Assembly (NCBI GenBank): GCA_963765765.1
Contig: CAVXYC010000007.1
Coordinates: forward strand, 1 to 64,000
DNA: 64,000 nt
Reading direction: 5' to 3'
DNA from: an uncultured Chloroflexia bacterium
GTDB lineage: Bacteria > Chloroflexota > UBA6077 > JACCZL01
Positions 1-9,289 of the stretch are shown here, in pieces. Every line of letters begins with the position of its first letter. The first letter of the stretch is position 1. Position numbers and translations under genes: made by a program. Under the pieces are notes generated by a model. That model made no database searches. It saw only the letters and a list, made by a program, of their open reading frames with translations, and was not told the DNA's origin.

Positions 1-16
1 TATTTCCCGGTAAATG
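1..16. mobile_element. Candidate attL of an island integrated at the dnaN 3' end
   Basis: TATTTCCC|GGTAAATG shares the core TATTT-x-CCGG with 13327-13342. Swapping halves gives a perfect 14-bp palindrome and an in-frame recombinase C-terminus. Confidence 0.65.
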
Positions 17-120
17 AAAATCGGGTGACGGGCCTGCCCTTCGCGGTAACCGTGACGTTGTAGCGACACCAAGACGACTGGGCTTCGTGAATGGCGGACT
101 CAGCGATCACACCATAGCCT

Positions 121-190
121 CCTTGTCAAGTCTGCTGGCCTGACCGGAAACGGTTCCGATAACCACGTCAATGGTGACTTATCTGGAACC
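121..190 (-). repeat. Terminal element, inverted homologue of 45159-45226
   Basis: The reverse complement reads GGTTCCAGAT...GGTTATCGGAACC-N21-CTTGACAA, the same layout as 45159-45226. Confidence 0.6.
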
Positions 191-226
191 AGGGAGATTT
201 GAACCAGCCTCGAGTTGGCCCGGTTC

Positions 227-252
227 GTTCCGATAATGGCCGTTATCGGAAC
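227..252. repeat. dif-like site
   Basis: GTTCCGATAA-TGGCCG-TTATCGGAAC. Confidence 0.85.
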
Positions 253-270
253 ATCGACCGCCCCGGGTGA

Positions 271-1294
271 CTACTGGATGACTTCGGTTGCTTGCAGGAG
301 GACCGACTGCGGGATGGTCAGCCCCAGGGCCTGCGCTGTTTTGAGATTGATGATGAAGTCAAAATCCGTGGGCCGCTCCATCGGCAGGTCGCCGGGTCGG
401 GCACCTCGCAGGATTTTGTCCACGTACGGTGCTGCACTCCGGTAGATCGCGGCTCGACTCGAGCCATATGTCAGCAAGCCTCCCGCCCGAGCGAACTCCG
501 GAACTTCCGCGATCGACGGCAGCCGATACTGGAGCGCTAACTCGGCGATGCGTTCCACGCAGAGTCGAACCTGGCGTTGCGGAGAATATTGAGGGCATCA
601 GCGCCGGCTGTGGACATGGCCGCGAACGCGTCGTCGAGGCCGCTGATGTTCGGCATGGCGACCACGTGAAGGTGTACCCCGGGCCGGGCGCGGCCTCCTG
701 GAGCGCCCGCACGCGTCGCACATCCGAAGCCGAAGGGTTCTCTGCGCTGCCTGGACGGAGCACGGCTACACGGGAGGCGTGCGGGACCGCTTCCTTCAAT
801 AGTTGCAGCTGCTTGCCTACCAGTTGCGGCCCGCTTATGCCGGCCGTCCCCGTGATGTTCCCGCCGGGCCGCGCGATGTTGTCGACGAGCCCGATCTCGA
901 TTGCATCCTCGCTGACCAGGATCGCCACGAGCGGGACGGTGGCGGTCACCTGCTTGGCGGCGAGGATCCCGTCGACGACGCCACTACAATCAGCTCGACC
1001 TTCTGCTGGACGAGCTCGGTCGCGAGCGCCCGATACCGTTCGGTGTCTCCTCGGTCCAGCGGGACTCCACGGCGAGGTTCGGCCCTCCACCCAGCCCAGC
1101 TCCCGCATTCCATCCAAGAACGCGTTCCAACGCCCGCCAGGCGCGTCGCCGAGGACCCCGATCAGGCGCACCCGCTCGGACGTTGGGGCCTGGGGAGGGA
1201 GCAGTCCGCAGCCGGCCAGCAGACCGAGGCTGGCCACGGACAGGCCAGCCCTCAGGAATCGGCGACGGGTGCTCGATGGTTCGAGTGGCGTCAT
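271..1294 (-). CDS. Orphan ABC transporter substrate-binding protein (ABC_sub_bind / Trp-Tyr type), frameshifted
   Basis: Tat/lipoprotein-like leader RRRFLR...LLAGC, motifs NIARPGGNITG and YVDKILRGARPGDLPMERPTDF; split across frames. Confidence 0.85.
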
Positions 1295-1412
1295 GATGGC
1301 GCTAGTGTACGCCCGCGTGGTGCTACAAGGCAGTGACGGTGTCGTCAGCAAGGACCAAAGATGTGAAACCGAGTCTGGGCTGCCCTTCTTTCGCTGAGTC
1401 CTAGGCAGGCAC

Positions 1413-1436
1413 GGGCCGACAATGGGTTATCGGCCC
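1413..1436. repeat. dif-like site (variant, short spacer)
   Basis: GGGCCGACAA-TGGG-TTATCGGCCC; flanking DNA is homologous to the site at 35901. Confidence 0.7.
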
Positions 1437-1629
1437 GTGCGCTTCCCAAGAGGCGCGCGTCCTCATGCATCTGATGCGCGCCGGCCCGCCCACGAGGTTG
1501 GCGATGGGCCCTCGTCGTCAAGGACGGGCGATCCGGCACCAATTCGGTACGATTCCGAGCGCCGACTCTGTCCCGAGGACGTTTCGACAGGCTCGGGGAT
1601 TCTGAAGCGGCAGGTCGTTAAGATCGCGC

Positions 1630-1652
1630 TGACCGCCAATACTCACGGGAAC
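1630..1652 (+). promoter_or_regulatory. Repeated promoter/leader motif
   Basis: TGACCGCCAATACTCACGGGAAC, identical to 2633-2655. Confidence 0.6.
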
Positions 1653-1678
1653 CCGATCTCAGTGCGGGGAGCACCGGC

Positions 1679-2635
1679 ATGACCGAGTATCTCTTCGACA
1701 ACGCGGCGCCCGAGGTGGCCCGGCGAATTGACGCCCTGGCCTCGCTCTACGACCCGATCACCGCGCGGCATCTCGAGGCGCGCGGTGTGGCCGATGGCTG
1801 GCACTGCCTGGAAGTCGGGGGCGGCTCCGGCTCGGTGGCCGCCTGGCTCGCCCGGCGGGTGGGGCCGACCGCAGGGTCGTCGTCACGGACATCGACCCGC
1901 GGCATCTGGAGGCGCTGCAGGGGCGGCCTCGCGAACGTCGAAGTGCAGCGCCACGATGTCACCGCGGACTCGCTGGAGGACGGCGCCTTCGACCTGGTGC
2001 ACGCGCGGCTCGTCCTTGGACACGTGCCGGCCCGGCGCGAGGCGCTCGGCCGGATGGCCGCGGCGCTGCCGGCCGGGCGGGTGGCTGGTGGCCGAGGATT
2101 TCGACCTGCGCTTCGCCGACCCGACCTGGGCCACCGAGGCCGGGCGTTCGCCGCGCTCTATGCGAAGATGCAGGACGCGCTGATCCGACTCCTGGAATCG
2201 CGCGGCGCGGACCCCGAGTGGGGTCGCCAGCTCCCGGCGGCCCTGCGCACCGTGGGAATGTGGGACGTCGGGGCGGAGGGGCGCATCGCGCTCGCGCCGG
2301 GCAGGTCGCCCTCGGCCGGGCTCTATCGGGCGAATATCGAGCAGGTCCGGGCGGAGGCGGTGCGGGCGGGACTCATCGCCGACGAGGAGGTGGACGAGCT
2401 GCTCGACGGCCTGGACGATTCGAACATCGCAGGGAGCACCCGTGTGATGATCAGCGCGTGGGGCCGACGACCGCCCGGCGGGACACGGTGGCGGCGGATG
2501 CTGCACCCCCGGTGCTGGTATGCGAGTACGGGAACCGCGAAGGATCGTCTGATAAGGCGGATTATCGGAAGTTCCAACTCTTGGAGGTCTGCTAGGAGGA
2601 GCCGCGGCGGCTGCATGTTGACAGTCCTGCGATGA
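1679..2635 (+). CDS. Class I SAM-dependent methyltransferase, frameshifted (homology probably ends near 2480)
   Basis: CLEVGGGSGS motif I, FDLVHARLVL and C-terminal MISAWGRRP. Confidence 0.8.
   Translation: MTEYLFDNAAPEVARRIDALASLYDPITARHLEARGVADGWHCLEVGGGSGSVAAWLARRVGPTAGSSSRTSTRGIWRRCRGGLANVEVQRHDVTADSLEDGAFDLVHARLVLGHVPARREALGRMAAALPAGRVAGGRGFRPALRRPDLGHRGRAFAALYAKMQDALIRLLESRGADPEWGRQLPAALRTVGMWDVGAEGRIALAPGRSPSAGLYRANIEQVRAEAVRAGLIADEEVDELLDGLDDSNIAGSTRVMISAWGRRPPGGTRWRRMLHPRCWYASTGTAKDRLIRRIIGSSNSWRSARRSRGGCMLTVLR
2546..2571. repeat. dif-like site
   Basis: CGTCTGATAA-GGCGGA-TTATCGGAAG. Confidence 0.7.
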
Positions 2636-2655
2636 CCGCCAATACTCACGGGAAC
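2618..2655 (+). promoter_or_regulatory. Sigma70-like promoter TTGACA-N17-AATACT
   Basis: Exact -35 box and 17-bp spacer upstream of the hydrolase ATG at 2677. Confidence 0.6.
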
Positions 2656-2676
2656 TTGATCTTCGGGAGGCTGGGC

Positions 2677-2793
2677 ATGGCCACCTTTGTCCTCGTCCAT
2701 GGCTCGTTTGGTGGCGGCTGGTGCTGGAAAAAGCTCGTGCCGCAGCTTCGCAATGCGGGGCACGAGGTGTACGCTCCCACGCTCAGTGGCCTG
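2677..2793 (+). pseudogene. Alpha/beta hydrolase (esterase) N-terminal fragment
   Basis: MATFVLVHGSFGGGWCWKKL...YAPTLSG, truncated after about 39 aa. Confidence 0.8.
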
Positions 2794-2796
2794 CTC

Positions 2797-2902
2797 CAGA
2801 GAGCAGAATCGGGCATCGTCAGTCCGATCGCCTGAGCTGTTCTAAGATTGATGGTGAAATCGAATGTACTGTGCTGCTCAACAGGAAGGTCCGCAGGCGT
2901 AG
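2797..2902 (-). pseudogene. C-terminal remnant of an ABC substrate-binding protein
   Basis: PADLPVEQHSTFDFTINLRTAQAIGLTMP matches the SBP C-terminus. Confidence 0.75.
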
Positions 2903-2906
2903 CACA

Positions 2907-3923
2907 ATGTCTCAGCTCCAAGACGTACGCAGGCGAGATTTCCTGAGAGTCAGTCTGGCCGCGGCGACTGGCTTGCTGGCTGGCTGCGGGCTGGTATCAC
3001 CACTCTCCTCGCCGCGCCAGCCGGCGAGAGTCCATCGCTTGGGCTGGCTGTCCGGCGGCGGGGCGGACACGAATACGCCATCGCTCGAAGCCTTCCGACT
3101 GGGGATGCGCGACCAGGGCTACGTCGAGGGCCGCGACTTCACCCTGGAGACGCGCTGGGCCATGGGGCAGCTCGTTCGCCTTCCCGAGCTGGCCGCCGAG
3201 CTCGTGGGCATGCCCGTCGACGTGATCGTGACCGCCGGGGCCGGCCCTATCCGCGCCGCGATGCGTGCAACCACTAGCATCCCCATCGTGATGGCAGAGA
3301 CGAACGACCCGGTGGAGGACGGCTTGGTGGCCAGTCTCGCACGGCCGGGAGGGAACGTCACCGGGCAGACCAGCATTGCCCGCGAGCTGATCGGGAAGCG
3401 ACTGGAAGTCCTGCGAAGGACACTCCCGTCCGCGTCACGAGTGGGCGTTTTCTGGAACCCCGAAGCCAACCAGGCCGGCCAGTTGCAGATAGCGGAGGCC
3501 GCGGCCGGCCCCCTGGGGCTGACGCTGGTGCCGCTGGAGGTGCGTGAGCCCACCGCCATCGAGGGCGCGTTCCAGCGGGCGGTGCAGGAGCGGGTGGATG
3601 CGCTGACCCTGGTAGACAATCTCGTGCTCTCGAGCAATGTGGCGCGTGTGGGCGGGCGGGCGCTTGCGCACCGGTTGCCGATGGTGTCGACCGTCCAATT
3701 TGTTGAGGCCGGCGGACTGATCGCCTACGGGGCGAGCTTTGAGGAGCTGTTCCGCCGCTCGGCGTCGTACGTGGACAGGATCCTGAAGGGCGCCAATCCG
3801 GGCGATCTGCCCGTGGAGCGGCCGGAGAAATTTGACCTGGTGATCAATCTCACCACCGCACAGGTGCTGGGCCTAACAATTCCTCAGTCGGTCCTTGCCG
3901 AGGCGACGGAGATCATCCAGTAA
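2907..3923 (+). CDS. Orphan ABC transporter substrate-binding protein (ABC_sub_bind type)
   Basis: RRRDFL leader, LLAGC, SLARPGGNVTG and YVDRILKGANPGDLPVERP. Confidence 0.9.
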   Translation: MSQLQDVRRRDFLRVSLAAATGLLAGCGLVSPLSSPRQPARVHRLGWLSGGGADTNTPSLEAFRLGMRDQGYVEGRDFTLETRWAMGQLVRLPELAAELVGMPVDVIVTAGAGPIRAAMRATTSIPIVMAETNDPVEDGLVASLARPGGNVTGQTSIARELIGKRLEVLRRTLPSASRVGVFWNPEANQAGQLQIAEAAAGPLGLTLVPLEVREPTAIEGAFQRAVQERVDALTLVDNLVLSSNVARVGGRALAHRLPMVSTVQFVEAGGLIAYGASFEELFRRSASYVDRILKGANPGDLPVERPEKFDLVINLTTAQVLGLTIPQSVLAEATEIIQ

Positions 3924-3975
3924 CCCCACGAGTCTTTCTTTCTACGTCTCTTTGCTCGTTCAGCTAGGTTGGCTC

Positions 3976-4001
3976 GTTCCGATAATGGGGGTTACCGGAA
4001 C
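3976..4001. repeat. dif-like site
   Basis: GTTCCGATAA-TGGGGG-TTACCGGAAC. Confidence 0.85.
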
Positions 4002-4041
4002 TTCAAAAGCATCACCTATCTGACCGCTGCTGGGTCGCAGG

Positions 4042-4902
4042 TTATTGCTCCACCCAGCCGAGAGCCGTCACGCCGAATCCAGCCAGAAAGGCGTCCGGGT
4101 GGTTCCCCCAAGCCTGAACTTCCGCTGCAAGGAGGTCCATCCTGTCCCGATCAGCCCAGCCCTGAGTGGTCACGAGCTCGATGAACGCGGGCGTCGTGAT
4201 CTGCTCAACAAACCAGGCCGCGAAGTCGTGGGTGTGCTCGTCGGTCCCGTACACGCCGATGCACCCGAGACTGGCCCCTGCGACCGGACGCGCAAACCCG
4301 GCTTCGCGGAGAAGTCGGCGGTGGTGCCGTGGGCGGTACGGATCTCCCCCGTGGTGTTCCACGGCGCGGCGAAAAATGCGCTCGACCTCTACAAGGCGCG
4401 GTGTGCTCGGCTCCCACAGCCACGTTCCCATGTCGTCGTCGGCAATGCCGACTACCCCGCCAGGGCGAAGTACCCGACGCATCTCCTGAACCGCCCGTGA
4501 CGGATTAGCAAGGTGCACAAGCAAGTTGTGGGCGAAGACGGCGTCCATGCTCCCGTCAGGGAAAGGAAGCTCGTATACCGAGCCGCGCTCGAGTCGCAGA
4601 TTCGAAATGCCCTGACGCGCCGCCAATGCTCCAGCGCGCTCGAGCTGTTCAGCCTGCAGGTCCAGTCCGATCACCTCACCCGGAGCAACCAGCGTCGCCA
4701 GTCCGACCGTGATGGAGCCGGGGCCGCAGCCGCAATCGAGCAGGCGCATGCCAGGGCTGAGATGTGGGGCCAGGAAGCCCGCGGAGGTTTCGGCAGTGCG
4801 GCGCTCGAGCCGTCGCTGTTCGGCGGCGGTGGTCGAGTGCACATACCGAAGCTTGCGCCCGTCGGGCGAACCTTCGTCCGATATGGACTTTGATCGGCTC
4901 AT
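4042..4902 (-). CDS. UbiE-like SAM-dependent methyltransferase
   Basis: LLDCGCGPGSIT, LPFPDGSMDAV and RRVLRPGG. Confidence 0.9.
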   Translation of the reverse strand: MSRSKSISDEGSPDGRKLRYVHSTTAAEQRRLERRTAETSAGFLAPHLSPGMRLLDCGCGPGSITVGLATLVAPGEVIGLDLQAEQLERAGALAARQGISNLRLERGSVYELPFPDGSMDAVFAHNLLVHLANPSRAVQEMRRVLRPGGVVGIADDDMGTWLWEPSTPRLVEVERIFRRAVEHHGGDPYRPRHHRRLLREAGFARPVAGASLGCIGVYGTDEHTHDFAAWFVEQITTPAFIELVTTQGWADRDRMDLLAAEVQAWGNHPDAFLAGFGVTALGWVEQ

Positions 4903-5016
4903 TGCACCCTCCCCCAATCACCATCGCTGGGTCACTCGGATGGACCCCAGCATAGCTCACGGGCGATCGCAAGGGTCAACTTCACCAAATGGTCGTCCAT
5001 CGTGGTCGGCCGGGCC

Positions 5017-5043
5017 CTTCCGATAATCTGGAGGTATCGGAAC
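5017..5043. repeat. dif-like site (7-bp spacer)
   Basis: CTTCCGATAA-TCTGGAG-GTATCGGAAC. Confidence 0.7.
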
Positions 5044-5084
5044 GAGCCGTTTCCAGTAAACCGGTTGTGGACTCTGCCCTGATG

Positions 5085-5113
5085 TTGACAGGCCAGTGCT
5101 GATCGCCAATACT
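5085..5113 (+). promoter_or_regulatory. Orphan copy of the TTGACA-N17-AATACT promoter
   Basis: TTGACA-GGCCAGTGCTGATCGCC-AATACT with no downstream + strand gene. Confidence 0.5.
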
Positions 5114-5189
5114 CTCGGAGACCGGCGGCGCCGCGGTAAATGACGATTGCCGAACGGACAGCATGACGAGCGATTGCCGCGGCTACGAG

Positions 5190-5963
5190 TCAGATTGACG
5201 AACTCGCCAACCATCTATCGAGAAGGGCGCCATCGCCGAAGATCTGCAAGCGCTCATGGTGGGGCTTGCGCCTCCCGTACAGCAGCAACAGCATGTTGGA
5301 AGCGGTAGCCCGTACTGCCACATCGCCCTTCGCGTGGCCATGCTCCCAGCTAAACCCATCGGGATTCAACTGAATCAGCCACTCGCCATCGGCATCGGTG
5401 CAATGAAAGTGCAGAGTCTCGCCGGCACCCTTTAGGTTCTTGATGACGGGTGAGAAGGTTGCGAAGGGAAGGTTTTCCAGGAATTCGTCGACGCCGTCTA
5501 CGGCCACCACTGCATCAAACTCCGGCTCCAACCCGAGCGCCAGCTCGGCATCGGCCCGGTGTACCGCGGTCTCGTGGAGTTGGCGACGTGACCAGAACCT
5601 GGCGTGCTGGTCAGCACCCCAGGACCACGTGGGTTGATCGGGATCGGCCTTCCGTAACGCGTCCTGGAGTGCCTTACCGCCGGACCTGAACCAGCCCACG
5701 ATCTCGCTCGGCTCGTCCGGAAAGCGCAAGTCCAGATCCCCATGACTTAGTCGGCGAGTCATGCCCTCCGCGACCATCCGGCCCGACCAGCGATGAATCC
5801 CACCCACGTGCTTCACCAGACCGGCCAGGTCCCACGGCGGGCATGATGGTACGGTTGCCGCCAGATCCGCCCTGTCAAGGACAGTCGCGAAGCGCTCCAG
5901 CTCGGCTGCCAGGGCATCACAGCACTCCGTGTGGTTCACGCTGAAATCCTCCCATCGAGGCAT
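5190..5963 (-). CDS. Maleylpyruvate isomerase family (MDMPI, DinB-like) protein
   Basis: VPSCPPWDLAGLVKHV, RRQLHETAVHRADA and LLLYGRR. Confidence 0.85.
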   Translation of the reverse strand: MPRWEDFSVNHTECCDALAAELERFATVLDRADLAATVPSCPPWDLAGLVKHVGGIHRWSGRMVAEGMTRRLSHGDLDLRFPDEPSEIVGWFRSGGKALQDALRKADPDQPTWSWGADQHARFWSRRQLHETAVHRADAELALGLEPEFDAVVAVDGVDEFLENLPFATFSPVIKNLKGAGETLHFHCTDADGEWLIQLNPDGFSWEHGHAKGDVAVRATASNMLLLLYGRRKPHHERLQIFGDGALLDRWLASSSI

Positions 5964-6447
5964 TACGCGATCTCTGCGACGTTCACCAGGTCCTGTCGGC
6001 GACGGCTGTAGTCGAGTATGAAGTTGAGGCTTGCCAACATTTGCACGTCGGTCGGCTTTAAGGGCATGCGCAGTCCTTGCGGTATGGCACTGTGTTCAAC
6101 GGGCTCAATTGGGTGTTCCCATTGTTCAGTGCAGATTACGGCCGGGCACCGTCGGAGTCAATCTAGCGAGGAGCCTAGTCTCTACCCGCCCGTTAACGTG
6201 ACGATGGTGCGGCGCGTTCACTTTTAGAGGAGCTGCCGGCGCCAAACCTTGCAGACGGAGCCGACCCGCTCATCTGCAACGTTCTCGGCTTCCTGTTTGG
6301 CATCCGGCGCACCCTCACCAACGAGGCCACGGGGCCGACAAGCGGCGACCAGACGCTGGCGGCGACCCGGGGTACGTGAGCGTAAACCGAAGATAGTGTC
6401 TTGAGCGAGATCCGTCATAGCGTTCGAATCAGTGACCGTAGCCTGTA

Positions 6448-6732
6448 TTAGTGGCTGCCGCAGTGCGCGCGAAAGCGTGCTTGAACCGTGCCCGCACCGC
6501 CATGCGTGAGCACGACCTCGCACCGCGGGAGCAGGAGCGACTGTGGAATGCAGCGTGCCACATGCGCATTCGCCGGCACGGAGCCGAGCGCAGCCGGTTT
6601 GGCGTCCGGGCCCAGGGTCAGGATTTGATTTGAGGAACAGAGTGAGGATGCGGAGGCGGTTGCACAACTCGCTGCGGCGCTGGCCCAGGTGAACGATGAG
6701 ATGGATCGCCGGATCGCCGAGGGCTGAGGCAA
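6448..6732 (-). pseudogene. GT1/UDP-glycosyltransferase C-terminal fragment
   Basis: PANAHVARCIPQSLLLPRCEVVLTHGGAGT signature without an intact N-terminus. Confidence 0.7.
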
Positions 6733-7033
6733 CCGCCCTCACAGCGTGACGAGAAACGGCCTCCGCAGGGCGGGGTGGTGTCCCGAACCTGTGGGCATGG
6801 CGCTGGGGCGACGAGCGATCCTGGAATAGGAACGGTGGATGCTCCATGCGCGTCTGGCTAAAGAGTGGTACACCTGGCCTTCCGCACGGGCCAGGGTGAC
6901 CGCCTCCAACAAAGAGCGCCACGCTCGTCCCAAGCGTGGCGCTCTTTCGACGCCGACCGCTGAGCTTTCCCCATCGTCAATGAATCTCAGCGATCGCATC
7001 AGCTCGGCCCGTAGACCGGTAAAATTGTGCTGT

Positions 7034-7125
7034 ATGTGTGGACGCTCCACGCTGGGTGATCCCAGCCCCCTGATGCGCCGGTTCGGCCTCGAAGAGTCTG
7101 CCGAGACGGACGTGAGGCCGCGTCG
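7034..7125 (+). pseudogene. SRAP N-terminal fragment
   Basis: MCGRSTLGDPSPLMRRFGLEESAET, a near copy of the start of the gene at 12084. Confidence 0.8.
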
Positions 7126-7241
7126 CATCTGTACCGGAGTAAACGAGCTGCGTGTGCCGGGCGTTTAAGAGATGGGCCTCTGGACGGATGCGAGAGGCCG
7201 GATGCTTGTACACCTGCTGATACAGGAGGATCGACGGACCG

Positions 7242-7889
7242 ATGGACCAGCGCCTCCCTAAGGCCGTCTATTTCGCCGGCCTGGTTGCCGAGATCGTGGT
7301 GCGCATTCCCCACGAGCGGCGCCGCCGACGCATCCCGAAAACCGACCAGCGCATCACGCACGCCGAACGGGGCCTGTTCGCGGCGCTGTCGCTGGCGACG
7401 GGTGCGCTGCCAGCGCTGTACAGTCTGACCCCGTGGCTCGCCTTCGCCGACTACCCACTGTCGCAGCGCGCGAAAGCTGAGGTTGGGAAGGTCGGCACCG
7501 TGCCCCTCGCCGCGGCGGTCTGGCTCTTCTGGCGGGCCCACCGCGATCTGGGGACCAACTGGTCGCCGTCGTTGGAGATCAGCGCGCAGCACAGCTTGAC
7601 CACGGGAGGGGTCTACCGAACGATGCGCCACCCGATGTATACCTCCCAGCTCGTGTGGGGGGTCGCACAGGCACTGCTGCTGCCGAACTGGATCGCCGGC
7701 CTCGGCGGTCTGGTTACGTTCGCCCTCTTGTGCACCGTACGCGTCCCGCGCGAAGAGCAGATGATGCTCGATCACTTCGGCGACGCCTATCGGGCCTACA
7801 CGGCACAGACCGGCCGCATCGTGCCGCCACTCCGTAGCTCACGCCGTCTTCGCCCGCTGCGGCACGATGCAGGTGGTAGCTCAGCGTAA
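7242..7889 (+). CDS. Isoprenylcysteine carboxyl methyltransferase (ICMT) family membrane protein
   Basis: LGTNWSPSL, GVYRTMRHPMY and REEQMMLDHFGDAYRAY. Confidence 0.9.
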   Translation: MDQRLPKAVYFAGLVAEIVVRIPHERRRRRIPKTDQRITHAERGLFAALSLATGALPALYSLTPWLAFADYPLSQRAKAEVGKVGTVPLAAAVWLFWRAHRDLGTNWSPSLEISAQHSLTTGGVYRTMRHPMYTSQLVWGVAQALLLPNWIAGLGGLVTFALLCTVRVPREEQMMLDHFGDAYRAYTAQTGRIVPPLRSSRRLRPLRHDAGGSSA

Positions 7890-7979
7890 GAGCGAAAGGT
7901 CCATCGAAGCGCCGCTGGCCCGTGACAGGGAGGATGTCCACCCATTGCAGCGTGCAGATTGCGGGTCGACCAGTCCATC

Positions 7980-8203
7980 GTCTCCCCAACCCCACAGTGA
8001 CACGCAGGCGACGAGGGCCAAGGCCCAGACGGGGTGCATGTCGCCCTGACCCACGCGGTAGCCGGCGAGGAGCATTGCCATGTCGCCGGGCAACGGCAGC
8101 GGGAAACCGGTCTCCTCGATGAGCAGCCAGAGGACACGGTCTGATGATCGTACCGGTCGATCAGCCAAAGCATCAGCTCGGCCGCCCGCTCCCAGATCTC
8201 CAC
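7980..8203 (-). pseudogene. DedA family membrane protein fragment
   Basis: IEETGFPLPLPGDMAMLLAGY motif, truncated. Confidence 0.7.
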
Positions 8204-8290
8204 CCGGCCACCCCCGACGCGCCAGATCTTCGTGACCTTGCCATCCCGGTACGGCGCATGCTCGATCAGGTCGTGGCAGCATCGCAGTCG

Positions 8291-8525
8291 TCAATCGACC
8301 GGCTCGAGCTCTTCGGGGATGTAGGGGCCGGCGCGCTCGAGCTGGTTGTACGCGGTCTCGGCGTCCGTGCCTGACTCGGATGGAACCCGCGCTGCGGTAT
8401 CAAGCTCCACGAAAATCGCCCCCTCGTCCGTGATCCCGTCGACCGAGATGACCGTGCCTGGTCCTGTCGAGCGTGAGGATCTTGACTCGTTGACCCACCG
8501 ACGGGGTCCAGTCACTTCGCACCAT
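8291..8525 (-). CDS. Small hypothetical protein (about 78 aa, one frameshift)
   Basis: GGAGG RBS then MVRSDWTPSVGQRVKI...GTVISVDG...EELEPVD. Confidence 0.5.
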
Positions 8526-8895
8526 CGGTTCCTCCTCCGTCTTGCGTCCCAGAACCCGTGAAGCACATCGCGCCGGATCCCGCCGCGGCGAGGGGCACGG
8601 TGCCGAGGCTCCGCCTGTGCCCTGCCGAAGCGCCGCCGGGCATCACGGTACTTCCGCTGGCCCACCTGGAGCGACTGCCGGATGATGACACGGAGCGCCT
8701 GCTCGAGGGTGCCCGTTAGTGCGAGCAGCTCGCAACGGAGGCCAACGCCCGCACGGCGGATCGGCACTACGGCGAACGGGGCATGAAAGCTCGGCCGAGC
8801 TAGGGGCGCTGGGGCTCCTCGATGTCACGGGCACGAACGGCCCGCGGCCCCCGACCGCGCCCGGTTCGGTGGACCAGGTAGGAGTAGTGACTCCC

Positions 8896-9225
8896 CTACT
8901 TCAGATTCTTGACGATTCCGTCCTCGGTCTTGCCGATCTTCGTCCGGATGGTGCCGAGCGTGCCGATAACTTTCGCGCGCCGCTCCATCGCCTTCCGGAG
9001 GCGGAGCGCGTCCATCTCGCACGTCTCGCTCAGCGAGTCGAGCATGCAGGTGAGGGCGTCCTCGGCTGCGCGCACCTCGTCGGCCAAGGACGAGAGGGAG
9101 TTGGGCGAAGACCCCTGAATGTAGGCCCGCCGCGGTCGCGAGCTCAGCGCTACGGCATGCGCGAGTTCGCAAACATCAAGACGGTTGTCGGGAGCGCAAG
9201 GCTTCGATCGGGGCTGATGCAACAC
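8896..9225 (-). CDS. Hypothetical helical protein with a T3SS needle-like C-terminus
   Basis: LDSLSETCEMDALRLRKAMERRAKVIGTLGTIRTKIGKTEDGIVKNLK; start uncertain. Confidence 0.5.
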   Translation of the reverse strand: MLHQPRSKPCAPDNRLDVCELAHAVALSSRPRRAYIQGSSPNSLSSLADEVRAAEDALTCMLDSLSETCEMDALRLRKAMERRAKVIGTLGTIRTKIGKTEDGIVKNLK

Positions 9226-9289
9226 GACGCGTTCCGCCCAAGTCTAATGGAGTAGTGGGGCTTATGAAGGCTGAGACCTGGGGGTAGAC

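Noticed and set aside
8960-8985. GTGCCGATAA half-site
   Set aside because: It lies inside an ORF with no matching right arm.
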